Positions 22,041-36,000 of a stretch of DNA of 64,000 bases are shown piece after piece (the first letter of the stretch is position 1; every line of letters begins with the position of its first letter). The stretch is from Octopus bimaculoides. Its lineage: Eukaryota. The notes under the pieces were generated by a model. It worked only from the letters and a program-made list of their open reading frames with translations, searched no databases and had not been told where the DNA came from. Position numbers and translations under genes: made by a program. The DNA is taken from the NCBI RefSeq assembly GCF_001194135.2, contig NC_068988.1:93806842-93870841 (forward strand), read 5' to 3'.

Positions 22041-23983
22041 ATCATCCTATATTTGAGACTGGTGCAACATAAAAGCAACCAGCACACTCTGTGAGGTGGT
22101 TGGCATTAGGGAAGGGCATCCAGCCATAGAAACCTCAGCAAAACAGATAACTGGTGCCTGGGTAGCCCTACAGCTGGCCAGTTTTCAGTCAAACCGTCCA
22201 ATTCACACCAGCATGGGAAACAGACATTAAATGATGATGATGATGATGATATATATGAATATATATATATAGGATTGATCTGATGGAGTATTGGTTTGGC
22301 TGCTATTTCTAGCAGGTTCAGCAACTGCACAAAAGAATGTACCACAAATAAAAAAATTAACCTGAAAAAACATAAACCTATCAGGAATAAAGAAAACATC
22401 CGCAAGAGACTGTGTGTGTGTGTATGTGTGTGCAGAAGAATGGTAGCTGAATCAAAGTGAAAACAGAAAACCAAAGAACATTAACTTCCTGTGACTTTTA
22501 TCAATAACAACAACACGAACAGTAACAAAGTTTCATATGTTATTTATAGTAGTTCAGACGGGTGAACGCTTCTACATGAGCAACACAAAGACTCCAAATG
22601 GTGATTATATACACATACGTAAGTATATATATATGTGTGTGTGTGTATATATATATATATGTGTGTATGTATGTATGTAGATGTATGTGAAATGCGGGTG
22701 TTTTCTCTTAAGTAACGATATCAAAAGATATTCAAATTTCTAATTTCTGATTAATTTCTCTAACCAGAAATTTCCCCCACCCCATCCTCCACCCCTCCTT
22801 GCTTTTCTTTTGAGAGTGTTAAGGGGTCAGCTGTGGGGTGATTTGAATACCTTAGCAGAGTTTGACGTAAATGAGGGACTTTGAGTAAGCACCAACAGAT
22901 TATTTATGAATACATGCACACACACACACACACACACACACAAATAGAATATTTGTGTGTATTTACACATATGCATGTATATGTGTACATACATAGTTTT
23001 ATATNNNNNNNNNNCATATGCATGATGATGTATAAATATGACTATATGAACGTGTGTGTGTAATTCTTTCTCCCCCTTTTTGCAAAGGAATATAAATTGG
23101 CGAGCGTGGGTGGATGGGCAGATGAGGTGGGAGAGCAGCTTCGGAACACATTAGCAAGACAAACAACTCCTAGCCCACACATGTAAGTATAAATATTTGC
23201 ATTCTATGTTCATTTTCTACATTAGCAGAGTGATGTATTGTGGAAAGGAACAACAACAACACCACCACCAACAACAACATCATCATCAACATCAACGGCA
23301 ATCACACACAAAACAAAAAAAAACCCCCAAAAAACAAAAGATTCAAAGCCAAGGGTAGATCTAAATGTGGTATTAAAGAAATCGTGAAACCTCATCTGCA
23401 TATCTTACATAAAGACGCAGTAACTGGGAGCAAAGTTTCACAGTTTAGTGAAATAAAACAAAAGGGATCACAGCCAAAAATACAGGCGAATGTTAATATA
23501 TTACCAGCACCAGGGAGCTTGACTCTGCGGCGGAACATTTCCATCTTGGTTTGATCTAGTGGCAGTTTGGTCTTTTTTGTTTTTTGTTTTTGTGTTTAGT
23601 TATAAATAAACTAGACATTCTTAACTAAACATGGGGGGGGATAAGCAATAAATTATTATTATTGTTGTTGTTGTTGTTATAAATATTATTATTATTGGGG
23701 GTAGATATCACCATTTTGGCACTTGTATTTTTTTTTATTTTTTCTCTTTTGTTTTTTTACTGAAAGGGGCAGGATGAAAGCTATTAAGATACTATTACTT
23801 CAGAAATGCTGTTACATAAAAAGATTTTCATGTTGAATTAACACACACAGACACACAGACACACACACACACAAAAGCATAAACAAAGACAGAAACAAAC
23901 TCTCCACCCTGAAGGAAATTAATAATGTTTATATACAATGAAATATTGGATTAGCAGAATGAAAACAACACAGCATATATATG

Positions 23984-24031
<48 letters not shown>

Positions 24032-25321
24032 NNNNNNNNNNNNNNNNNNNNNNNNNNNNNNNNNNNNNNNNNNNNNNNNNNNNNNNNNNNNNNNNNNNNN
24101 NNNNNNNNNNNNNNNNNNNNNNNNNNNNNNNNNNNNNNNNNNNNNNNNNNNNNNNNNNNNNNNNNNNNNNNNNNNNNNNNNNNNNNNNNNNNNNNNNNNN
24201 NNNNNNNNNNNNNNNNNNNNNNNNNNNNNNNNNNNNNNNNNNNNNNNNNNNNNNNNNNNNNNNNNNNNNNNNNNNNNNNNNNNNNNNNNNNNNNNNNNNN
24301 NNNNNNNNNNNNNNNNNNNNNNNNNNNNNNNNNNNNNNNNNNNNNNNNNNNNNNNNNNNNNNNNNNNNNNNNNNNNNNNNNNNNNNNNNNNNNNNNNNNN
24401 NNNNNNNNNNNNNNNNNNNNNNNNNNNNNNNNNNNNNNNNNNNNNNNNNNNNNNNNNNNNNNNNNNNNNNNNNNNNNNNNNNNNNNNNNNNNNNNNNNNN
24501 NNNNNNNNNNNNNNNNNNNNNNNNNNNNNNNNNNNNNNNNNNNNNNNNNNNNNNNNNNNNNNNNNNNNNNNNNNNNNNNNNNNNNNNNNNNNNNNNNNNN
24601 NNNNNNNNNNNNNNNNNNNNNNNNNNNNNNNNNNNNNNNNNNNCCCACAAAAGATGAAAAAACAATGTTGACCTCAGTGACATTTGAACTTGGAATGAAG
24701 ACAGGTGAAATGCTGCAAAGCATTTTGCCTGGCGTGCCACCGATTCTACAAACAGGAGCAGCAGTTTCGAATTTTGGCACAAGGCCTGCAAATTTAGAAA
24801 AGGATGGGGCGGGGGTAGTTGATAACAATTCCCCCCCCCCCTCCATATCCAACCGGTATTTATTTTATTGACCCTGAAGGGATGAAATACCAATAAGTAT
24901 TTGGCCCGAAATTTGAGGGGAGGGGGACAGTCGATCATATCAACCCCAGTACTCAACTGGTACTTAATTTATCAACCATGAAAGTATGAAAGGCAATAAT
25001 AATAATAATAATAATCGTTGACAAGCCAGGGAGTTGCACTAGGGTCCAGTTATATATTTTGGCTTGTTTTTCTAAGGCTGGCTGTCCTTCCTAATGCTAA
25101 CCACTGTACAGAGCGTACTGGGTGCTTTCCATGTGGTGCCAGTGTGGGTGCTTTTCATGTGGCAACTATGGCTACTGACTGGGCTTTATATTATCAACCA
25201 CTGAAAGATGAAAGGCAGAGTCAACTCTGGAGGGATTTGAATTCAAAATGTGAAAAAGATTTACTGTTAGGTGTTTTTTTAATCCCTGCCAAATTAACTT
25301 GCTTTGCTTTCTGTCACTTAA

Positions 25322-25519
25322 CCCTTTCATTACCAACATGGCTCTGGGTAGAAATGTCTTGTTTTCATAAGTTCTGAATTAAAATCTTCCCCTTAGTTAC
25401 AATTTATGTTCCTAACACTAGCTGAATGATAACTAAGTTATTTTATTAAATTCTTTGTTATATTTAAAGTAATTGAAAGAAACACAGAGCATCTCAAAAT
25501 AAATACAGTTACGAAAGGG
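25322..25519. mobile_element. TTAA-flanked MITE (piggyBac-like ends), copy 1
   Basis: TTAA|CCCTTTC ... GAAAGGG|TAAA. The body is homologous to 25910-26114 (opposite orientation) and 52185-52406. Confidence 0.75.
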
Positions 25520-25909
25520 TAAAGATAAAAAATAATATTGATTTTAAAGTATAAACGTGCTAGTGGCAAGTAAAAAGCACCATTTAAGCATGGTTGATGC
25601 CAGTACCGCCTGACTGGCCCTCATACCGGTGGCACGTAAAAAGCACTATTTAATCGTGGTCATTGCCAGTGCCGCCTGACAGGGCCCTCGTGCCGGTGGC
25701 ACGTAAAAGCACCCACTACACTCTCGGAGTGGTTGGTGCTAGGAAGGGCATCCAGCTGTAGAAACCTTGCCAGATCAGATTGGAGCATGGTGCAGCCTCC
25801 TGGCTTGACAGTCCCCAGAACATGTGACCATGTACTAGCTATTTCATTGGTTGGTGATATGTCAGGTGCTATGATATGTTGCATGTTGTCATCAACTTTG
25901 ACTGCTTAA

Positions 25910-26114
25910 CCCTTTCGCTACTGTATTTATTTCGAGATGCTCTGTGTATCTTTCAATTAATTTTAAATATAACATAGAATTTAGTAAAATAACTTAGTTA
26001 TCATTAAGCTGGTATTAGGAACATAAATTGTGATTAAGGCTTGGTGGAAGATTTTAATTCAGAACTTATGAAAACGAGACAGAGCCAGTTTCAGCCGGGT
26101 TGGTAACGAAAGGG
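25910..26114. mobile_element. TTAA-flanked MITE (piggyBac-like ends), copy 2, inverted relative to copy 1
   Basis: TTAA|CCCTTTCGCTAC ... GTAACGAAAGGG|TTAA. Confidence 0.8.
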
Positions 26115-26496
26115 TTAACATACCAGAAACGAGAAGTGAGAGTAGACCCATGTCTAATCATTTGCGAAGGATTGATCTTGACTCTAAGTCACCATTCACA
26201 ACCCAAAGAATTATATTAAATGAATTCTTTGGAAATCACAGCAGATCTATTGTATTTACTGCTCAAATTTAATGTTAAGGGTATATGTGTCTATGGTATA
26301 CTCAACCATTTAGAATGCTAATTCAATGAATCTGTCAGTTCAGGAGATGAAACAAATAATTAACTGTCGAAGCTGATGAAGGTCCAGCCACTCTGTGTGT
26401 GTGTGTGTGTGTTTGTATATAAGTATGCGAATATGAATATATGCATAACAACACAAACACTGATATAATTTGGTCAGGTCTAGAGGTATGATTAGT

Positions 26497-26558
<62 letters not shown>

Positions 26559-26559
26559 A

Positions 26560-26591
<32 letters not shown>

Positions 26592-28121
26592 TGACCGATA
26601 CATAAAAAATCATTTAAATAAAATAAACCTTTGTCCCATATTATAATTAAATTTTTTCTGCTCAATTAATTTTATTTATATTTGTCTGTTACACATGGGA
26701 CACACAATAACACACACACACACAGAGGCTTCAAAGCATAAACACATACTTTAGTAACAGGCAAACATAAAAACATACTCACGCATAAAATGTGAATGAA
26801 AACACACACAGAGTAAAAAAAAGGAGCAGGTTACAAAGAATCAATGAGGAAAAATTAAAAGGAAAACAATAGGGCCGAGGGGAACACACACACACACACA
26901 CACACAAAAGGGGAAAATACTTGGTGTATGAAATAAAAATGGAAGCATTACTAAAAAGATATGCGAAAAAAAAAATAGATAACACAGTAAATAATATATA
27001 AAAAAAACCCCTCGGAGATGTAAGAGAAAAGAAAGCAATAGAAAGAGGAAATAGTATATAAAAAAAACAACCTATAATAATAATAATAATAATAATAATA
27101 ATCAGAAGAAAGAACCAAAATAATGATGACGGAAAACCCCCCCCCAAAAAATGAAAAAATCTCCAGAGAGAAATTTAGTCAAATCAGGGATAGACAAGAG
27201 TGTTTAAATCATTTCAAAAGTGTGACAGTGTTGTTTTGTAAAGCTTTCTCTACCTTTATTCTGTGTGGTGTTTTTTATTTTCTTCTAGGATATTGTGTGT
27301 ATCGAGTGATAAATGTCAGAGATAGAGGATTGAAAAGAAGAAACGGAGGCCTAAATGGCATCATGGGATTCACTGAAGTAAAGAGGGATCGGTCTCCGGC
27401 TTTGTGTGTGCTTCCTGCAGTAGTGGCCAGTCAATGGTACATCGGCAGTTATCGAGGAAAAAAAAAAACAAACAAAAAAAACAAACCCTTCTTCTATCAA
27501 CTTTTTTTTTTTTACCCCTACCTCCTCCAGATGAGAGGGAGGGAAAAAAATAAAAATAAAGATGTAGGTAACATCTAAGTATGAAAGAAAGGCAAAAATA
27601 CAATTGTGTGTGTGTGTGTGTGTACTTAAAAAACTGAATAATAATTTGTTTTTTTTTTTTGGAGCTAAAGTAAAAAAAGAATCAACAAAAGCCAGAAAGT
27701 GCATTGATAGTAAAAAAAAATTAAAAACAAAGAGTAATAAAAGTAGGGTTTCTTTCTATATGTAAGGTTGTATGTGTGTGCACATACACACACACACACA
27801 CACACATCATCATCATCATCAACTACTTTCTTTTTAGAGTTGACTTTTTCATGTTTGCATAAGTTAAAAGGAATTCACTGAAACACGTTTTCTATGGCTG
27901 GATGCCCTTCTTGTTGCCGATCTTTGTCTGTTTCCAAACAAGCTAATATTTCCCCTTGGTTGGACATGTTTTTTTTATGATGCTTTTTACATGCCACCTG
28001 CATGGGAGCCAGTCAGGTGGCACTGGCATCGACCATGCTTGAATGGTGCTTTTTATGTGCCACTGGCACAGTGAGCCAGTCAGGCCATCTTTTATGGAAA
28101 CACCACAATTAATCCAGTCTT

Positions 28122-28162
<41 letters not shown>

Positions 28163-28164
28163 AC

Positions 28165-28275
28165 CAAAAGATTCTTCTGTTGTTGCATTTTTTCTTCAAT
28201 AATTTTCAGGTTCTTTTCTCTTTCAAGACGTTTTTTCAGTAGATTGTATTGCTTTTTCTGTTCAAGAGCCAATGA
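28165..28275 (-). CDS. UTP11: UTP11 penultimate coding exon
   Basis: Acceptor ctctcttgtag|TCA and donor TTG|GTAATT. 111 nt, phase 0 to 0. SLALEQKKQYNLLKKRLEREKNLKIIEEKMQQQKNLL aligns to the recalled human Utp11 segment RIAKERQKQYNCLTQRIEREKKLFVIAQKIQTRKDLM (also 37 aa). Confidence 0.9.
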
Positions 28276-31200
28276 CTACAAGAGAGCAAAAAGAGAGAAA
28301 TGGTAAGACTGATCATAACAAGAACCACATGTAAAAGAGTTCCATGAAGAAACATGGCTTTTATTTGTTTAAACAAAAATGTAATGTCTAAGATATTGGT
28401 TGTTTACAGCTTCAGACAAATTACTTTTGGGATATAATTATATTTCTTTATGGTTGAGTTCAAATCCTAGCAAGCTCTACTCTCCTTTTTGCCCTTCCAG
28501 GGCCACTAAAATATAATACCAGTCATGAGTTGAAGTTAATATAATCAAACGTTTCATTCCACCAAAATAGTGTCACTGTTGTTGAATTGCGGCAACCAGT
28601 GCTACTTGAATAAGGCTGTAGTTTGAAATCACTCTCCTGTTGATATTTAGAAGATGATTTACTTCAGTGAAATATAAAATGTATGGCTGACTATTTGAAT
28701 GGCTCAAGTTGTAATCATAACGTCTTCATTGTGGGGCATAAAAATTTAGGACGTTAATGCTTGATAATGTTAGGGAGTTTATTGAAGAAGATTTAACAAA
28801 TAGACTGAGAAAAACCAAGTGAAAGAGCCTTCCTTGCTGACATATATATTGTTGTTAACTATCACCTCAGTCTCTCTTATTTTCCTTTCTGCTCTGAACA
28901 AACTGATTATAAATTTTTCCAAGTAGTTGTGAGCATCCAGCCTTTATTGTGAAGTATGTTGTTCTAATATTTATGATTTGAATTTAACTGCTATGTTTAT
29001 CAAGTTGAGTTAAACTTCCTTGTTAATACATAAATTTAACAGGTGTAAGAAAAACCAACAGAAATTGAACAAAGAAAACTAATATTTATATAATATAATT
29101 TCATTCTCTTCTAAGAGCACAGTCTCTTTCATCATTACGTTGCTCTGTGAAAATTCAATGAACGTGTGTCTGTGTGAGTTTATATAAATGAGGCATAAAT
29201 GTAAGCAGAGCTACAAAAGCTTTCATTGTGGAAACCATTGCATAGACATATATCCCATTTAATTTCGATGTGAACAAACCAGATTTCTAAGTTTTACAAC
29301 ATTACAGCAACAAACATTTCACAAGTACCATATTGGATATAATAGAGTAAGCATTCATCTTAATCAAACAGAACAAAGAAATCACCGATTTGAAAGAATC
29401 TTTCCATAACGGAGGTGAGAACATCTGACTTCTAGCGGGGTGGCAGAAGATTCTGACTAATCTTTTTGAAAAGGTGAACATTATCAAAGAAAGTTGTTGT
29501 TAACATTAGAGAAATAGGCATATTTATCCAAAATGACAGTTCCATTATATTAAGCAAGTCTTTAAATCACGTCTCATTCATATTACTTTACCACACTCTT
29601 TTATTCTGTTGATCGGCACCCGATGTTACTGCTGAATAATCATACATTTCATTTTGACCTGATGAATACAATTAAATGACCAGAGAACCGTTAACTTTAG
29701 CTGCAATATCTAAAATGAATAATGTCAACAATAGCAAAACTAAAGAACTTCATCAACTCTTGAATGTCTTGACAGAACCAGAATGATAGAAGAACAAAAG
29801 AAAATAAATCCCCAATTAACTATTAACTCAAAGATGTCTGTGATAACGTGCGATAGTTTCTCTTTACACTTTCTTCTATTTATTACAAATGAAACTGTAT
29901 CATATCATCTTCAACTGCTTAATAATCACAGTTTGGAAACCTGCCAGACAGCTGACCATTTCTTCTTTACAGGAATTCAGTCCAGCTACGGCCATTCTAT
30001 TTATGATGCAAATGCTGCAACATGACGGTAAGATCTTGGTGAGCTGAGTGAACGATAGAAGTTCAATTTTCATTGGAGTGAGTCCATTTGTCCGATACCA
30101 GAGGGTTTCCAGAAAGACCAATAAAGGAGATTTTACATAAAATGCAGTACCCATGATGGGATTTGAACCTAACAGTCTTTAACTGGCAGTCTGTAACTCA
30201 ACCAGCTGGGCCAGATGTAAATCCATACAAAATAACAACAATATTGTTGGAAAGAGAATAACGAATATGAAAATAAAAGCTGGAATATCGATATGCAATG
30301 TTAGTTTCCTAGTTGCAACATATTTCCAAAGACAGAATGTGAAGAGTTTCCAGACACAAAAGGAAACCCGTTCACACCCCAGTTAACCCTTTAATGATAC
30401 AAATACGGAAAAAACAAAACCCAAAAAAAAAAAAAACCCAAAAAACCTGCCTCATCTTTTCTTTTGCTGTTATTATAATCTAATGTTGCTAGAAAGGACA
30501 GTAAAAAGTCAAACATAAACTATTGAAAAGATGATGATGATGATGATGTTGGCAGCAGTAGAGGGTGATGATGATGATAGTGATGGTGATGATGGTGATG
30601 ATCATGTTCATGGTTGCTGTTGATCCTCTTTTATATAGNNNNNNNNNNNNNNNNNNNNNNNNNNNNNNNNNNNNNNNNNNNNNNNNNNNNNNNNNNNNNN
30701 NNNNNNNNNNNNNNNNNNNNNNNNNNNNNNNNNNNNNNNNNNNNNNNNNNNNNNNNNNNNNNNNNNNNNNNNNNNNNNNNNNNNNNNNNNNNNNNNNNNN
30801 NNNNNNNNNNNNNNNNNNNNNNNNNNNNNNNNNNNNNNNNNNNNNNNNNNNNNNNNNNNNNNNNNNNNNNNNNNNNNNNNNNNNNNNNNNNNNNNNNNNN
30901 NNNNNNNNNNNNNNNNNNNNNNNNNNNNNNNNNNNNNNNNNNNNNNNNNNNNNNNNNNNNNNNNNNNNNNNNNNNNNNNNNNNNNNNNNNNNNNNNNNNN
31001 NNNNNNNNNNNNNNNNNNNNNNNNNNNNNNNNNNNNNNNNNNNNNNNNNNNNNNNNNNNNNNNNNNNNNNNNNNNNNNNNNNNNNNNNNNNNNNNNNNNN
31101 NNNNNNNNNNNNNNNNNNNNNNNNNNNNNNNNNNNNNNNNNNNNNNNNNNNNNNNNNNNNNNNNNNNNNNNNNNNNNNNNNNNNNNNNNNNNNNNNNNNN

Positions 31201-31545
31201 NNNNNNNNNNNNNNNNNNNNNNNNNNNNNNNNNNNNNNNNNNNNNNNNNNNNNNNNNNNNNNNNNNNNNNNNNNNNNNNNNNNNNNNNNNNNNNNNNNNN
31301 NNNNNNNNNNNNNNNNNNNNNNNNNNNNNNNNNNNNNNNNNNNNNNNNNNNNNNNNNNNNNNNNNNNNNNNNNNNNNNNNNNNNNNNNNNNNNNNNNNNN
31401 NNNNNNNNNNNNNNNNNNNNNNNNNNNNNNNNNNNNNNNNNNNNNNTATATGTATATACATACATATATATATATATATATGTATATACATATATACATA
31501 TATATATATATGTATATACATACATACATATATATATATATGTAT

Positions 31546-31596
<51 letters not shown>

Positions 31597-32978
31597 CATA
31601 TTTGTGTGGGTGGGTGTATGTGCATGTATTTAGGTCTTCGCATACACCCACACACAAACAGACCCACGTATATACACACAGAGATATAAGGATGCGTGTG
31701 TATGTGTGAATGCGTGTATGGTAGTGACAAGTTGTGGCCAATATAGTGTGATGCATAGCAGCTTCCTTGTAAACTGGCCGATGAAGCATAACATGGCCCA
31801 TACATGGCAAGATGATTTTCAAATCTTAACAACAGGAAAACAAGAAAGACAAAGTCTTTAGAGTCGAAAATCAAAACAAAAACAACAAACACCAACAGAA
31901 AATTCTTACAGAAACTCGTGTTTTACGTTAAGGCCTCGACAAGAGGTTCCTCAGATGTGTCTTTTGTCTGCTTAGTGCCTTTCTCTCTTTACTTGTTACA
32001 GACAGCTGTTCTCTGGTGTACAATTCCTTTAATAAACAATAAATGATGTTGGCACGGGTTGGTGGTAGGGCAATGGGGAAGACACAACAACAACAACAAC
32101 AACAACAACAATAGCAATGATCACAACGGCAGAGATAACAACAACAATAACAGTAAGGGATGATGATGATGATCAGAGGAAAAGAATAGAAATTGAACTG
32201 AGTGGAATAAATTTAGAATTTTGTTGGTATTTTTGTTATTATAGTAATAAACCCTGAAAATCTGTGTTGTTTGTTAAAACCCCTGTAAATATCTGCATCC
32301 GTCCTCTACACAATAAACTCGGAAAATAGCTTCTTTTCTTTTTTGTCTTTTTGAACATTTTAAATGTCAACTTCAACTGTCTTTAAGATGTAAGAAGACA
32401 TATAAGTGTGAATCTGGAGATGTGTGCCTCACATTCAGATGTATGGGAATATAGTCAAGCAGATGTGTGTAGGCGTGAGTATGTGTGTTTCTATACATAT
32501 ATACATACATATAAATACATGTTATATGTTTATATATAATGTATACATATGCATACACACATATGTGAACAAAGAACAATATATATATATATATATGTAT
32601 ATAGACCAGCAAACATGACAGAACATATGTGAATGCACAAGCTTGTGTATTTGGTGGCATAAATATATAAACATACAGACACACACATACATGCACGTGC
32701 ATACAGGAAGTGAAAGATATAGGTAAACACACACAAACAACATAGATCAGTGGAGAAGTACAAGCAGAAGTCAATAATAAAGGGGAAAGTATGAAATGGC
32801 AGATTCCGTGAGCTGTAGTGGAAACATTATCGAATATACAACAGGATCATACTCTTGGATGAACGATTTTGAAAAGGTGCAAATTGTATGTCCTGTAGAT
32901 ATTGGCCAGATAATGCAGCTGTAGGTGTTTGTAAAAGTCAAAGATGAATATGTTGAAAGAGTGGGACAATGGTAGGGA

Positions 32979-33021
<43 letters not shown>

Positions 33022-36000
33022 GAGAAATGTCAAATAGACATAAAAGATGATGATACAAACAGAGAGAAAATATCACCGCAACGGATGAGACAAATACATT
33101 CTGGGATATTTCCCTACCATTTACTGATTTTTTTTGTAGTTGTTTACATTCCCTGACATGCATTTTGAATAGAAGATAAACAGACGTATATCAAGTGTAT
33201 CCATCAATGGGTTAATTAGTGCAAACCAACAACCAAGGATTAACCCTTTAGGATTTTGATTACTCTCTCAAATATAATACTTGTTAATTCATGTTGTTTC
33301 GATCTCCATCTGCATTATTTTTCATAGTTATCAGATTTTGTGGGGGTTTTTTTTTTATGATGGTAAGGTGTAATTCAGAACAGATTTAGCTGTCATTTCT
33401 AGCAAGATGAGTAACAATCTAGAAGCTCTCCTCCATGTTTTGTGTTAATCAGAAGGTGCCTTGTTTGTTTAGCCACAGGTCAAACCTAATCGAGTCAACC
33501 AATGAGCCAAAACATTCTAACCACGACTATCCTTTCTTTTTAGGAAGGGTTACATTATCTACTGTGTCAGGTTGTTACCTCATATGATAGGATGTGATTT
33601 GGGGGAGATTTAGTTGGTATTTTTAACAGGTTGACTGCCCATATAGTGGTTCTCTCACAGCTATTTTAAAAGGGGAAAAAAATCTCTCTGCTTCAATTGA
33701 CCAAACTAGGATTCAACACAGCATTTCAGGCTAATGAAAGCACCCTAATCCTAACCCAACTAACAGCTATTCACTCAACCAGCTGTGACTTCTGTCTGGG
33801 GCTACAACATATGAATAATTTATAGATAATTATTAGATAATTAGGTAATTTCCTTGATGGGAATCTAAGCTCTCTTCTTTCAACCAGACAAGAGCGTTAA
33901 CCACTACAGTTTTAGGAAACTGCCATTGTTGATAATAAATTAAGCTCTCAGTAAATAATAGCAGTTGACAGGTTTAATTTGATGGCAGAAATTGTGGCTT
34001 TGGTGTAATGGTTAGCATGCTTGCTTAGTCAACAAGAGGCTGATTGTTTGATTTCCATTGAGGGCTGTTGCATTTCCCCTGCCATGCTAGTTTTAATTTA
34101 CATATGCATATTAGTTAATTGATTAAAATTCCATATTATTGAGCATGTGTGTGAATGTCAGTGACTGTCAGCACGTAAGTGTTGATGTCAGTGACTGTCA
34201 GCACGTAAGTGTTCATGTGGTGTGTGAGTAAGAAATATGAGTGTGTGTGTGTGTGTGTGAGCGTATAAATATTCATGTATGCGACAATGTAAACATGAAT
34301 GTGTGTAATATTAATGGACTTCTTTGTCTATTGCAAAATTTTTTGGAGAATCTTTGGTATTAAATCATCATCAACATCGAAGTTTAACGTCTGCTTTCCA
34401 TGCTAGTATGGGTTGGACGGTCCGACTGGGGACTGGGAAGCCAGGAGGCTGCACCAGGCTCCAGTCTGATCTGGCAAGGTTTCTACAGCTGGATGCCCTT
34501 CCTAACGCCAACCACTCAGAGAGTGTAGTGGCTGTTTTTTACATGCCACTGGCATAAGGGTCAGTCAGGTGGTACTGGCATTGACCACGCTTGAATGGTG
34601 CTTTTTACTTGCCACCGGCATTGACCACGCCTAAATGGTGCTTGTTTCATGCCACTGGCACGGAACCAGTCAGCCAGCACTGGCAATATTCACACATGAA
34701 TGGCGCTTTTTACATGCCTTTCAGGACAAGTGTCTATAAGAGAGAGTAAACTTGACAGATGCAACCCTACTACCGAATTTAGATTTTTGTGCTTGCTTGG
34801 ATGACACCGTTAATCCTTAGCCAGGTTCTGCTTAAACTGCAGCTTGTTCCCATCATATCAAAAGACACATTGAATAGAATCTTTTGAACATCAGAATATG
34901 AAGTGAAACATTACAAATGGAGTGTTAACCACAAATAGAGGACAATAAATGTGGAATCAAATGACTTGATTAGTTTTCTCTGCAGAGAGTAAAACTTACA
35001 TAATAATAGGATCACATCAAAGAATTACCTTCTGTCTTTTACTGGTTTCAGTCAATAGACTATGGTCGCCTTGAAGAATTTTTACTTGAATGAATTGACC
35101 CCTGTACTTATTCTTTTTTCAAAGCCTGGTTCTTATTCTATCAGTCACTTTTTGTTGAGCTGCTAAGTTACAGAGATATAAATGTATCAACACTGGTTGT
35201 CAAGTGGTGGTGGAGGGATAAACACAGACCTAAAGACACACACACAACATTTATGTATATATATATATATATATGCGATGGGCTTCTTTCAGTTTCTGTC
35301 TACCAAATCCACTCACAAGGCTTTGATTGGCTAACATATATCAGACGTGTTTTCTAATAAAGGCCAACATCTCTGTTTGTTGTTCAAGTCGCCAAATAAG
35401 CTTAAGCCCAGTTTCCCAATACTTTTTACAAATTCAACACCCCCTCCTCGCCCCTGCTTCCACAACATCACCTATCTCCTCTTTCTCTCACTCTGTATCC
35501 TCCCATCTCTCTCTCTTGTCCCCCTTCTCACACATACACACACACATTTGTGTGTATTAGAAGACACCTCTCTTATTATATATATTAGAAGAAACTTGTC
35601 CAAGATGCCACACAGTGGGACTGAACCCAGAACCACGGGGTTGAGGAGCAAGGTTCTTACTACACAGCCCAAATCTGTACCCAATAAGCCATTAAGGTGT
35701 CTAGCAATGTCTTCAATAGCTGAATCAAATATCACAAAAATAAGACTATTTCTGAGACCCCTTCTAACAGAATCATTCAAATAATCTCATTTCTCCGCCC
35801 ACTGTTAGGTTTTCTTTCATATCACAACGAGAACAGACAAAAGAAAAACACAAGCACTCGTAATAAAATAAAATTATCTAATTTAAGTAAAATCTGATGG
35901 CACAAGGACGAGAATACACAGAAAACTATCAGTATTAATTGTTTGCCAATGTATGGATAACTTACAGTAGGTGATATTATCTTACAAGGGAGGCCTAAAC

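Noticed and set aside
29973-30027. + strand exon-like segment (EFSPATAILFMMQMLQHD) with AG/GT borders
   Set aside because: It adjoins and may belong to a - strand tRNA-headed repeat; no partner exons or recognisable homology were found.
31910-32026. - strand exon-like segment (ELYTREQL...THLRNLLSRP*) as a UTP11 upstream exon
   Set aside because: There are stops in all three frames and the resemblance to Utp11 is only superficial.
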